The notes under the pieces: model-generated
What the model was told of the DNA's origin: nothing
What the model saw: the letters and a program-made list of their open reading frames with translations, nothing else
Databases searched by the model: none
Assembly (NCBI GenBank): GCA_964603475.1
Contig: CAZRVG010000002.1
Coordinates: 9,923 to 73,922 of the forward strand
Reading direction: 5' to 3'
Source of the DNA: an uncultured Candidatus Saccharibacteria bacterium
GTDB taxonomy: Bacteria > Patescibacteriota > Minisyncoccia > Minisyncoccales > UBA5738
Length of the DNA stretch: 64,000 nt
Shown: positions 33,022 to 42,093 of the stretch, in pieces
Layout: the number at the start of each line of letters is the position of its first letter
Numbering within the stretch: position 1 is the stretch's first letter
Made by a program: the position numbers and the translations under genes

Positions 33022-33237
33022 ATGAGCTTGTTAATCAGAAGAAAACAAAGAGAAAACGTGCAGACGATGATGCGCCGCTTTCAAAAGGCGGTTCAGCAAA
33101 GCGGAATTTTGTTGGAGAAGCGCCGCCGCCAATTTTGCAAGCGGACAAAATCGGACAATATGCAAAAAAAATCCGCTCTGCGCAAGTTGGCGACCAAGAA
33201 AAAATACGAAATTATCAAAAAAATGCGCAAAGTCTAA
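33022..33237 (+). CDS. rpsU: 30S ribosomal protein S21
   Basis: 71-aa basic protein, ...ENVQTMMRRFQKAVQQSGILLEKRRRQF..KRTKSD. ATG 33022 lies in frame within track ORF 32914-33237. Confidence 0.85.
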   Translation: MSLLIRRKQRENVQTMMRRFQKAVQQSGILLEKRRRQFCKRTKSDNMQKKSALRKLATKKKYEIIKKMRKV

Positions 33238-33398
33238 CCGCTGGCGCACAAATCCGAAGCACGAAATCCGAATATCGAAACAAATTCAAATTTTCGAAAT
33301 CAAAATCTTCAAAACGGATTTAATTTTGAAAGTTTAAAGATTTAATATTAGAAAATTGTTTTGGATTTCGATATTCGATATTTGAATTTTAATCAATC

Positions 33399-33872
33399 AT
33401 GTTAAAAGATAAAATCAACGAGGATTTCAAAATCGCCTTTAAAGAAAAAAAGGAAGTTGAGCTCTCGGTTTTGAAGATGATTAAGGCCGCTTTGGCCAAT
33501 AAGGAAAAAGACAAGGAGTATCAAGCCAAACAGGCGGGCGATTCGGCGGCGGCGGAGTTTGGCGACGAGGATGTGATTGACGTTATTGTTTCCGAAACAA
33601 AAAAGCTGCGCGACTCCGTGGCGCTGTTTGAAAAAGGCGGTCGGATTGATTTGGCCGATAGCGCCAAAAAAGAAATTGAAATTTTGTCGCGCTATTTGCC
33701 CGAGCAGTTGGACGAACAAGAATTGAAAAAAATTGTTGCCGAGGCGATTGCCGCGGCAGGGGCGGAAACCATCAAAGATATGGGCAAGGTGATGGCGCGA
33801 TTGATGCCCAAGATAAAGGGACGCGCCGACAGCGGTTTGGTCGGGAAGATGGTCAAAGAAACGTTGCAGTAA
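33399..33872 (+). CDS. GatB/YqeY domain-containing protein
   Basis: KEKKEVELSVLKMIKAALANKE...YLPEQLDEQELKKIV pattern. Confidence 0.9.
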   Translation: MLKDKINEDFKIAFKEKKEVELSVLKMIKAALANKEKDKEYQAKQAGDSAAAEFGDEDVIDVIVSETKKLRDSVALFEKGGRIDLADSAKKEIEILSRYLPEQLDEQELKKIVAEAIAAAGAETIKDMGKVMARLMPKIKGRADSGLVGKMVKETLQ

Positions 33873-33931
33873 AAAGCGGGTTTGATTCTCTCTCCCGTTT
33901 TTTTGTTTTAAATTCGCGTTGTGTTAAAATG

Positions 33932-34066
33932 ATGAGTATGATTAAAGGTTTACCCCGAAATGATTGCCCGCGATGCCAAAATTGCAAAAAGACGTTGGTT
34001 GCTTTCGGTGTGTTTTTGGTTTTGGTTATTATCGCGGTCGTCTTGATTGCCGGACAATTGATTTAG
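33932..34066 (+). CDS. possible small membrane protein (44 aa, CxxCxxC plus one TM)
   Basis: Hand-translated MSMIKGLPRNDCPRCQNCKKTLVAFGVFLVLVIIAVVLIAGQLI. Below the ORF-track size cutoff. Confidence 0.3.
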   Translation: MSMIKGLPRNDCPRCQNCKKTLVAFGVFLVLVIIAVVLIAGQLI

Positions 34067-34112
34067 GGCGATTGCGGAATAAGGGATCGCGTTATTTATA
34101 AGAAGCATCATT

Positions 34113-34709
34113 ATGGTTTTCGCGCGAAAGAAAACATTTTCAATTTTGGCGTCTTTAACCGTTTTTGTCGCGGCCGGTTTTTGGCTTTTAAACCATTGCG
34201 GGCTGTTGCAAGCGCAAAACGACGGCGGCAAATGGAAAAATTTTACCGAAGGCGTTTATGGTTTTTCTGTTGATTATCCGGCTGATTGGGGAATTGATGC
34301 CAATTACGATCAATACGCGCCCGGGATTATCAGCGCGGAAATGCATAATAAAGAATGCGGCGGGCAAAATCAATGCGGCTTTGATTGCGTTGATATTAGA
34401 ATTTTGGCCGCCAAAAAAGAAATTGGCGGTAAAAGCCACGGCTTGCTCCTGCAATTATACGAGGATTTTATGATGGTGCGTGATTTTGCCGACGCGTCTT
34501 TGGTCAAAGAAGTTGATTTGGCGGGCAAAAAAGCGTTTGAATTAGTTGATAATCAAGCCACGCTGGCGTTAAACGGGCGCTGCGGCGGCCCTTTTTACGT
34601 TTTTGAGACCGAAAAACATTTTGTTTATATTTTCACCGGCTACGGCGCCGACATCGCCGAAATATCCGGCGAAGCCAAAAAAATAATCGAATCGGTGAAA
34701 GTGGATTAA
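34113..34709 (+). CDS. hypothetical membrane-anchored/secreted protein (paralogue 1)
   Basis: N-terminal TM ILASLTVFVAAGFWLL. Motif YGFSVDYPADW is shared with the two following genes. Confidence 0.6.
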   Translation: MVFARKKTFSILASLTVFVAAGFWLLNHCGLLQAQNDGGKWKNFTEGVYGFSVDYPADWGIDANYDQYAPGIISAEMHNKECGGQNQCGFDCVDIRILAAKKEIGGKSHGLLLQLYEDFMMVRDFADASLVKEVDLAGKKAFELVDNQATLALNGRCGGPFYVFETEKHFVYIFTGYGADIAEISGEAKKIIESVKVD

Positions 34710-34780
34710 CATATAATCATTTAAGCATTGAAACATATAAACATATAATCATTGGAACATATAATCATTTAATCAGGGAA

Positions 34781-34802
34781 ACAGGGGGTGCCCTGTTTTT
34801 TG
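34781..34802 (+). terminator. rho-independent terminator
   Basis: acaggg-ggtg-ccctgt followed by T6. Confidence 0.6.
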
Positions 34803-34850
34803 GTGTCTATGTCTGGTAAAATAAAATTGAAAATATAAATCAAATTATTT

Positions 34851-35462
34851 ATGAGATCAATTTCAATTTTATTGGCGGTTTTAATATTTGTGGCGGTTAT
34901 TCTGGCCGGTGCCGGAGTTTGGGTTTATGTCTCCCAAATCGCGCCAACTCCCGCGCCGATGGTCGCGCAAAACAGCCAAAAGATACAGAAAATAACACAA
35001 CCGTCTGTGGCAGAAAATAATGAAGCAAGAAATGAAACCGCGGATTGGGAAACCTACCGCAACGAGGAATATGGGTTTGAGTTTAGATATCCGGCGGGGG
35101 TTTTGTGGCAGGATGGAGTTGAAAGCGTTGATGTTGGAAATTGCGATGCGGAGAATTTTGCCCAAAAGCCGCCTTGTCCAGAATTGGCGAAATATTCAAG
35201 CTCAAAAATAATTCTTAATGGCAAGGAATATTGGCTATGCCGTGACTCCGAGGGCGCGGCGGGCAGCAGATATGAAAATTATTGGTATTTCGGCTTAGCG
35301 AACAATGAATGCTTTTCGTTTAAATTCACGGTAAAATATGTGATGAGTTGCGGGGTTTACGGATCGCCCGATGAGCCGGCCTACCGGCAATGCGAAATTG
35401 ACAATCGGCAAAAGGATGAAACGATAAAATTGATTGAATCAACATTTGAATTGATTGATTAA
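34851..35462 (+). CDS. hypothetical membrane-anchored/secreted protein (paralogue 2)
   Basis: N-terminal TM ILLAVLIFVAVILAGAGVWVYV and motif YGFEFRYPAG. Confidence 0.6.
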   Translation: MRSISILLAVLIFVAVILAGAGVWVYVSQIAPTPAPMVAQNSQKIQKITQPSVAENNEARNETADWETYRNEEYGFEFRYPAGVLWQDGVESVDVGNCDAENFAQKPPCPELAKYSSSKIILNGKEYWLCRDSEGAAGSRYENYWYFGLANNECFSFKFTVKYVMSCGVYGSPDEPAYRQCEIDNRQKDETIKLIESTFELID

Positions 35463-35517
35463 ATAAAAAAGCGAAGATGCCGGAGAGGTATCTTTGCCAT
35501 AGCGGCGTTATTTTGAA

Positions 35518-35551
35518 TGTATATACATATGTATATACACGTGTATATACA
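35518..35551. promoter_or_regulatory. three phased copies of the 10-bp palindrome TGTATATACA (12-bp period)
   Basis: Copies at 35518-35527, 35530-35539 and 35542-35551, 17 nt upstream of ATG 35568. Confidence 0.35.
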
Positions 35552-35567
35552 TTGTTTCAATAAATTT

Positions 35568-36209
35568 ATGGGTAGGAAGAAAAAGAAAAAGAATAATTTT
35601 GGCTGGATAATCGTGGCGCTGGCGGCGGGGGTTTTTGGATGGATTGGTATGGATTTTTATTTTAATTTTTATCGGCAGGCGCAAAAGGAAACCGATGTTG
35701 AAATTGTTGAGGTTCAAGAGTCGGAATCGATTAAGCAAGTCCGGCCGGCGCGGGAAAATATCGCGCCCGAACCGGAGAACGGATTCAGTTTGGCGGTATA
35801 TCGCGACGATCGCTATGGAATTGAATTTCAGTATCCCACGATTGCCGATGACGCGCGGTGTCCCGCCCCGCAAAAAAACGACGATGGTTTTTCTTTGGGG
35901 CAATGCTATTTTTTTGCCGGACGAGCGGGCGAAGCGATGGAAGATTTTATGGCGCGGCAACTACAGGGTATGGAAATTGAAAATCAGGAGATTATCGCGG
36001 TTGGGGGCAATCAAATACCGGCGATTAAGGCCGATTATCAAACGTCGGGAATGGGCTGGTTTGGCAGTTCGGTTTTTATTGATTGCGAGCGCGGAGTTTT
36101 TGAGTTTGGTATTTTGGCCAACGAAATCGCCGAAAACTGCGGCGGGGCGCGCGATTATGACGACCGAGTTTACCAATCGGCGATCGCTACGTTAAAGCTT
36201 GCCGATTGA
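35568..36209 (+). CDS. hypothetical membrane-anchored/secreted protein (paralogue 3)
   Basis: MGRKKKKKNNFGWIIVALAAGVFGWIG anchor and motif YGIEFQYPT. Confidence 0.6.
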   Translation: MGRKKKKKNNFGWIIVALAAGVFGWIGMDFYFNFYRQAQKETDVEIVEVQESESIKQVRPARENIAPEPENGFSLAVYRDDRYGIEFQYPTIADDARCPAPQKNDDGFSLGQCYFFAGRAGEAMEDFMARQLQGMEIENQEIIAVGGNQIPAIKADYQTSGMGWFGSSVFIDCERGVFEFGILANEIAENCGGARDYDDRVYQSAIATLKLAD

Positions 36210-36276
36210 TATGTGATATGAGGGGCAGCCTTAAGCAAAACGCGCGGGTTTGCGTTCATGGAATTTGTTTGGTAAA

Positions 36277-36756
36277 ATGAATATGAAAATCAATATTGAG
36301 ATTAACAATTTAAGCGAAGAAGAGATTGACTCGCGGCTGGCCAAAATTGCGGCCGCGTTGGTTATTGAAAACGAGACAAAAGAAACGGATTATCTCGGGG
36401 CTGAAGCCTCGATTGCTTTTGTGGGAGAACGAGAGATGATTCAGGTGAATAAAAAATATCGCGGCAAGGATGAGGCTACTGATGTCCTATCATTTGCTTA
36501 TGGCGATAACGCCGCCGGATTTACGGTCTCGGGCGGCATAAGGATGCTTGGCGAATTGGTGGTTTGTTCCAAACGAGTGAGAAAAGATGCCAAGGATAGG
36601 GGAAAATCTTTTGAAGAAGAAATGATATGGGCGGTCATCCACGGCATATTGCATTTGCTGGGATATAATCATGAAAAAGGCGGGGAAGAAAGCAAGACAA
36701 TGAGGGGAAAAGAGAAAGACTACCTGGATAAATTAAAAATTGAAAAATCAAAATGA
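36277..36756 (+). CDS. ybeY: rRNA maturation RNase YbeY
   Basis: ATDVLSF and HGILHLLGYNHE zinc-binding motifs. Confidence 0.9.
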   Translation: MNMKINIEINNLSEEEIDSRLAKIAAALVIENETKETDYLGAEASIAFVGEREMIQVNKKYRGKDEATDVLSFAYGDNAAGFTVSGGIRMLGELVVCSKRVRKDAKDRGKSFEEEMIWAVIHGILHLLGYNHEKGGEESKTMRGKEKDYLDKLKIEKSK

Positions 36757-36858
36757 AAAATGACAATGTAAAATTTAAAATTAAAAACGCAATTATATTT
36801 TTTAATTTTTATCTGTCATTTTGATTTTTGATATTTACATTTTACATTTTTAGGCTTT

Positions 36859-38085
36859 ATGGCAAAATCTTTACCGTTGTTTGTTGGTTTGGATATTGGT
36901 ACCGGGTTCATCAAAATTGCGGCCGGCCAAAAAAAATCCGGCGATGATTTGGAAATCATTTATGCCGGGCAAACGCCTTCGCGCGGTGTTAGGCGCGGAG
37001 TTGTCTTTGATGTTGAGGCTGCGGCCAAATGTATTGCCGAGGCCGTTGAAAAGGCGGAGATGTCATTGGGACATAATGTGGAGGGCGTTTATATCAGTGT
37101 TAACGGCAGCCACATTTTTTGCGCCAGTTCGCGCGGCTTGGTTTCCGTTTCGCGCGCCGACGGTAAAATTTCGATTGAAGATGTTGACAGGGTGTTGCAG
37201 GCTTCAAGAACGGTTTCCTTATCTTCGAGCAACAAGGAAATCATCGACGTTTATCCGCGCGAATTTATCGTTGACAGCGAAACAGGAGTGAAAGACGCCA
37301 TTGGGATGAAAGGGGTGCGTCTCGAAGCCGAGGTGCTCATCGTGGCAGGATTTACTCCATATCTTAAGAATTCCGACAAGGCGGTTTTGCGCGCCGAATT
37401 GGAGGTGTTAAACCGCGCGCCGGCGGCGGCGGCGTCTTCTTCGGCTGTGCTTTCCGAGCAGCAAAAAGAACTGGGCGCGGCCGTTTTGGATATCGGATCG
37501 GGGACGACCAATATGGCGGTTTATGAGGAGGGGGACTTGCTGCATTTGGCCGTTTTGCCGATGGGATCGGCAAATATTACCAACGATATCGCGATTGGCG
37601 CGAAAACTGACGTGGTAACGGCCGAGCGGATAAAAATTGAAAAAGGAACATGTTTTTTCAAAGGGGCCGATAAGAAGATTAAATTGACCGGAGATGCCGG
37701 CGGCGCGCCGGAAAAAGTTTTTTCGCAAAGATTGGTTTCCAAAATTATTCAGGAAAGAGTGGGCGAGATCTTTGAATTGGCCAATAAGGAATTAAAAAAA
37801 ATCGGCCGCGAAAAAAAACTGCCGGCGGGAATCGTTCTTTGCGGCGGGGGAGTGAAGCTGGGACACATTGAAGAGACGGCGAAAAAGATATTTCAGCTTA
37901 CGGTGAGTGTGGGTGTTCCCCGGGGGTCCGAAAATATCGACTCGGATCCGGCGATGGCGGCGGCTTGCGGATTGGCGAATTTGGGCTTCAAAGAGCAAGA
38001 AGAAGAAGCCTCCGGCGGCGCGAAGTTTTCTTCGCAAGGCGGCTGGGAAAAGGTGAAAAAATTTTTCAAGATATTCGTCCCCTAG
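36859..38085 (+). CDS. ftsA: cell division protein FtsA
   Basis: VGLDIGTGFIKIA and LDIGSGTTNMAVY motifs, with a C-terminal amphipathic WEKVKKFFKIFVP. Confidence 0.9.
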   Translation: MAKSLPLFVGLDIGTGFIKIAAGQKKSGDDLEIIYAGQTPSRGVRRGVVFDVEAAAKCIAEAVEKAEMSLGHNVEGVYISVNGSHIFCASSRGLVSVSRADGKISIEDVDRVLQASRTVSLSSSNKEIIDVYPREFIVDSETGVKDAIGMKGVRLEAEVLIVAGFTPYLKNSDKAVLRAELEVLNRAPAAAASSSAVLSEQQKELGAAVLDIGSGTTNMAVYEEGDLLHLAVLPMGSANITNDIAIGAKTDVVTAERIKIEKGTCFFKGADKKIKLTGDAGGAPEKVFSQRLVSKIIQERVGEIFELANKELKKIGREKKLPAGIVLCGGGVKLGHIEETAKKIFQLTVSVGVPRGSENIDSDPAMAAACGLANLGFKEQEEEASGGAKFSSQGGWEKVKKFFKIFVP

Positions 38086-38233
38086 ATTTAAAAATCAAAA
38101 TCAAATGATAAATGATAAAAAAAATCAAAATTAAAAATCAAATTTTAAAACGGAATTCTTGATATTTAGTTTGATTTTAAATTTTAAATTTTGATTTTGT
38201 TTATCATTGGATTTTAAAATTTGATTTAATAGA

Positions 38234-39163
38234 ATGCTACATCCAATAAATATAAAAGTTTTGGGAGTGGGGGGGTCCGGGTGCAACGCGGTTGGCAGAA
38301 TGGAAAAAGATCGTATTCGCGGCGTGGAGCTGATTGCCTTAAATTCCGATTATCAAGATTTGAAAAAGACAAAAGCCGATATCAAAATCCAAATCGGCCG
38401 CAAGCTAACCCAAGGACTGGGTACGGGGATGAACCCGGAAATGGGGCGAAAGGCCGCCGAAGAACAACAGCAGGAAATTCAAAAAGCGATAGACGGCGCG
38501 GGCATGGTTTTTGTGGCTTGCGGTTTGGGAGGAGGCACGGGATCGGGTGCCGCGCCCGTAATTGCCGAAATTGCCAAAAAATCCGGAGCACTCACGGTGG
38601 CCGTGGTTACCCGGCCGTTTTCTTTTGAGGGATCCTATCGCCAGCGAATCGCCCAAGAAAGCGTTAATTTGATTAAAAGCAAAGTTGATTCCCTAATATC
38701 AATCTCTAACGATAAATTACTGGCGGCACTCAATCCCAACACTACTTTAGCCAATGCTTTTTGGATATGCGATGAAATTTTGCGCCAGGCGGTGCAAAGC
38801 ATTTCGGACTTGGTTTTGTCGCCCGGGATTATCAATGTTGATTTTGCCGACGTGCGCTCAATTCTCAAAAATTCGGGACGCGCGATATTCGGCATTGGCC
38901 GCGCCAAAGGCGAAAAGCGCGCCGAGGCCGCGGCGCGCGCCGCGATTGACTCGCCGCTGTTTGACGCTCCGGCGCACGGTGCCAAGGGCGTGCTTTTCAA
39001 TGTTTCGGGGGGGCTGGATATCAGCTTGTCCGAAGTTGAAGAAGCGGCCAAAATTATCACTTCCGAAATCAATTCCCAAGCAAGAGTGATATTCGGCGCG
39101 GTGCACGACCAGTCTCTGCCAAAAGGCGAGATCAAAATCACGGTGGTGGCGACAGGCTTTTAA
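38234..39163 (+). CDS. ftsZ: cell division protein FtsZ (globular core only, no C-terminal linker or tail)
   Basis: [31 protein letters not shown] and NVDFADV motifs. Ends ...KITVVATGF then the stop. Confidence 0.9.
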   Translation: MLHPINIKVLGVGGSGCNAVGRMEKDRIRGVELIALNSDYQDLKKTKADIKIQIGRKLTQGLGTGMNPEMGRKAAEEQQQEIQKAIDGAGMVFVACGLGGGTGSGAAPVIAEIAKKSGALTVAVVTRPFSFEGSYRQRIAQESVNLIKSKVDSLISISNDKLLAALNPNTTLANAFWICDEILRQAVQSISDLVLSPGIINVDFADVRSILKNSGRAIFGIGRAKGEKRAEAAARAAIDSPLFDAPAHGAKGVLFNVSGGLDISLSEVEEAAKIITSEINSQARVIFGAVHDQSLPKGEIKITVVATGF

Positions 39164-39181
39164 TAAAAAAGCTCCAATAAT

Positions 39182-39294
39182 CAAATTCCAAGCTCCAAAT
39201 AATATTCAATATTAAAAATTATAATATTTAAAAATTAGATTTTGATTATTGGAATTTACTTTGGGATTTGGGGCTTGATGCTTGGAATTTAATT
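39182..39294. repeat. AT-rich MITE-like inverted-repeat element, copy 2
   Basis: Shares both termini and a 32-nt identical block with 444-555. Confidence 0.6.
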
Positions 39295-39300
39295 GCAGAT

Positions 39301-39328
39301 TTGACGGATTTTGTGGGCGGGGTAGAAT
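39301..39328 (+). promoter_or_regulatory. promoter TTGACG-16-TAGAAT upstream of nrdD
   Basis: TTGACG at 39301-39306 and TAGAAT at 39323-39328. Confidence 0.4.
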
Positions 39329-39434
39329 GAATAATTATCTTTAATAAAACCTCTTATCACATCGGTTTATCGGTCATAAACTGATTTTAAAATCGCGGTA
39401 ATTTGCCGTTTGGCGTGAATAACCACAAAAAATT

Positions 39435-41552
39435 ATGGAGAAAAAAATCACCAAAGTACAAAAAAGGGACGGGCGCGTTGTGGATTTTGATTTTGAAAGA
39501 ATAATTAACGCGATATTCAAAGCGGTGACCGCGACCGGCGAAGGCGATGAAGCGGCGGCAAAGAGAATTGCCAACGATGCCCTAAAAATTTTTAACCGGC
39601 GTTTTAAAAAAGGAGAAATTCCGGGAGTGGAGCAAGTTCAAGACATCGTTGAAGAAGTTTTGATATTGGACGGACTGACCGTTACGGCAAAGTCCTATAT
39701 TTTGTATCGGGAACAGCGGCGGCGCATCCGCGAAGCTTCGTTGGTGAGCGAGGAGGCGGTGGAGCGCGTGGACCAATATTTGGAAAAATTGGATTGGGAA
39801 GTGCAGGAAAACGCGAATATGGCCTTTTCTTTGCAAGGGTTAAACCACTACGGAGTTTCTTATATCGTGAAAAAATATTGGTTAAACAAAATCTACCCCA
39901 AAGAGATCCGCGAAGCCAACGAATCGGGGGATTTTCATTTGCACAATTTGGATACTCTGGCGCCCTATTGTTCGGGTTGGGATCTTTATGATTTTTTGAA
40001 GCGCGGGTTTGGCGGTACGCCCGGAAAGCTTGAGTCAAAGCCACCCAAGCATTTTCGCACTGTTTTGGGGCAGATTGTCAATTTCATTTACACTTTGGCC
40101 GGAGAGGTTGCCGGCGCGGTGAGTTTTTCAAATTTTGACACTTTGATCGCGCCGTTTATATATTATGACAATTTGAATTATCACCAAGTCAAGCAGGCGA
40201 TGCAGGAATTTCTGTTCAATATGGCCACGCCCACCAGAGTGGGATTTCAGTGCCCGTTTTCCAATGTCACGCTTGATTTGACGCCCGCGCCCTCGTTTGC
40301 CAAACAGCCGGTGATTATCGGCGGCAAGGCGCAAGACAAAACCTACGGCGAATTCCAGGAAGAAATGAACACCTTCAATAAAGCCTTCTATGAAGTGATG
40401 CTGGAGGGCGACAAAAACCAGCGAGTGTTCACTTTTCCCATTCCCACGGTGAGCATTACCAAAGATTTTGATTGGGAAAATCCCGCTTTGGAGCCGATGT
40501 GGGAAGCTACGGCCAAATACGGCGTTAACTACTTTACCAATTATATCAATTCGGATATGAACCCCCAAGACGTGCGCTCGATGTGTTGCCGCTTGCGATT
40601 GGATTTGACCGAATTGCACAACCGCGGCGGCGGCGGGCTTTTCGGCGCCGGCGCGTTAACGGGTTCAATCGGCGTGGTGACCATGAATATGCCGCGCATC
40701 GGATATCTTTCCAAAACCAAAAAAGAATTTTTTGATCGCTTGGGCAAAACTATGGATTTGGCCAAGGAAAGCTTGGAGCTGAAGCGCAAGACCATTGAAA
40801 ATTACGTTGAAAAGGGATTATATCCCTACACGAGGTATTATTTATCCAACATTAAAAAAGCCCGCGGATCGTATTTTAGCAATCATTTTTCCACCATCGG
40901 CCTTGTGGGGATGAACGAAATGCTGGTGAATTTTTTGGGAGAAAATATCGCGTCAAAAAAGGGCCGCCGGTTCGCGCTTGAAGTGATGAACTTTATGCGC
41001 AAGCGGATGGTGGAGTATCAAGATGAAACCAAGAATGTTTATAATTTGGAAGCCACGCCGGGAGAGTCCACCGCCTATCGCCTGTGTTTGAAAGACAAAG
41101 CCAAATATCCCGATATTGCCGCGGCAGGCACCAAAAAGAGCCCCTATTACACCAATTCCAGCCAATTGCCGGTGAATTTCACCGATGATGTGTTTGAAGC
41201 GTTGAAACTGCAAGATGATATCCAATGCCGGTATAACGGCGGCACGGTGCAGCATCTATTTTTGGGGGAGCGGTTGAGCGATACCAAAAGCGTTAAAGCC
41301 TTGGTGAAAAAGATTTTTGGAAAATTCCATCTGCCCTATATTACCCTCACGCCCACTTTCTCCATTTGTCCCACGCACGGATACATTGCCGGCGAACACT
41401 TCACTTGTCCCAAATGCGCCATCAAACAGCCCTGCGAAGTCTACACGCGCGTGGTGGGTTATCTGCGCCCGGTGACCCAATTTAACGCCGGCAAACAGCA
41501 AGAATACAAAGACCGCAAAGAATACCGCGTCAAAAAAGAAACCCTCGCCTAA
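39435..41552 (+). CDS. nrdD: anaerobic ribonucleoside-triphosphate reductase (class III)
   Basis: N-terminal ATP-cone (VQKRDGRVVDFDFERI), C-terminal zinc site CPTHG...CPKC, and glycyl-radical motif RVVGYLRPV. Confidence 0.95.
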   Translation: MEKKITKVQKRDGRVVDFDFERIINAIFKAVTATGEGDEAAAKRIANDALKIFNRRFKKGEIPGVEQVQDIVEEVLILDGLTVTAKSYILYREQRRRIREASLVSEEAVERVDQYLEKLDWEVQENANMAFSLQGLNHYGVSYIVKKYWLNKIYPKEIREANESGDFHLHNLDTLAPYCSGWDLYDFLKRGFGGTPGKLESKPPKHFRTVLGQIVNFIYTLAGEVAGAVSFSNFDTLIAPFIYYDNLNYHQVKQAMQEFLFNMATPTRVGFQCPFSNVTLDLTPAPSFAKQPVIIGGKAQDKTYGEFQEEMNTFNKAFYEVMLEGDKNQRVFTFPIPTVSITKDFDWENPALEPMWEATAKYGVNYFTNYINSDMNPQDVRSMCCRLRLDLTELHNRGGGGLFGAGALTGSIGVVTMNMPRIGYLSKTKKEFFDRLGKTMDLAKESLELKRKTIENYVEKGLYPYTRYYLSNIKKARGSYFSNHFSTIGLVGMNEMLVNFLGENIASKKGRRFALEVMNFMRKRMVEYQDETKNVYNLEATPGESTAYRLCLKDKAKYPDIAAAGTKKSPYYTNSSQLPVNFTDDVFEALKLQDDIQCRYNGGTVQHLFLGERLSDTKSVKALVKKIFGKFHLPYITLTPTFSICPTHGYIAGEHFTCPKCAIKQPCEVYTRVVGYLRPVTQFNAGKQQEYKDRKEYRVKKETLA

Positions 41553-41560
41553 GTATTTAC

Positions 41561-41598
41561 AAGGTCGTTCCTCGCTGTAATCGGCGAGGTGCGACCTT
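41561..41598 (-). repeat. short form of the AAGGTCG...CGACCTT structured element
   Basis: aaggtcg-ttcc-tcgc-tgtaatc-ggcga-ggtg-cgacctt. It differs from 14156-14193 by a compensatory pair. Confidence 0.8.
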
Positions 41599-41853
41599 GC
41601 CAAAACTTGCATTTTACCCGTATTTTACCCTTGGCTACCCGCCGAAGCTTGTTTTTGTTTGCGAGTTGTGCGGCAAGAATAAATGCCAAATTACCGCTTG
41701 CGTTAAATGCGGGAAGAATAAAAGTTCGGGAATTTTGCCGTGCGTTTTGCGCATGCGGCAGGGGATAGTTGATCCGGCCGGATTTTATGAAATCAAATAA
41801 CCGCTATTAATTTCCCACAAATTTTGCGGTCGCAAAAAATGTGGGAAAATCAG

Positions 41854-41876
41854 CCGCGCCAATTGGCGCGGTTTTT
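41854..41876 (+). terminator. rho-independent terminator
   Basis: ccgcgcc-aatt-ggcgcgg followed by T5. Confidence 0.6.
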
Positions 41877-42042
41877 GGTTAAACGGGGCGGGCGGGGTAT
41901 AATGGAGGAGGAGCGAGAGTTAAAGACAAGAATTATTCTTATCTTTGGATGACGGGGAAAATACAATAATGTGAAATGGAAGCAAGATAAATTATCACTT
42001 GGATTTCACAAAGCAAAATGGCTTTGCGCAATTTTGATTTTT

Positions 42043-42089
42043 TGATATAATTGAACCACACATTAGTTTTAAGCTAATGTATGGTTCAA
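42043..42089 (+). promoter_or_regulatory. extended -10 (TGaTATAAT) followed by a 16-bp-arm inverted repeat (candidate AbiEi operator)
   Basis: TATAAT at 42046-42051. IR ttgaaccacacattag (42051-42066) / ctaatgtatggttcaa (42074-42089), with one mismatch. Confidence 0.4.
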
Positions 42090-42093
42090 ATTG

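Noticed and set aside
35518-35551. LexA/SOS box or NrdR box interpretation of TGTATATACA.
   Set aside because: The TGT-N4-ACA spacing does not fit CTGT-N8-ACAG (the E. coli-type LexA box) or the 16-bp NrdR box. No lexA or nrdR is in the window. It is reported only as an unassigned operator-like array.
41597-41800. 67-aa Cys-rich ORF after nrdD (CELCGKNKC...CVKCGKNK).
   Set aside because: It starts inside the structured repeat. The Cys pairs come from a short direct DNA repeat (gcggcaagaataaa / gcgggaagaataaa). There are no start signals. It is kept only as a remote possibility.
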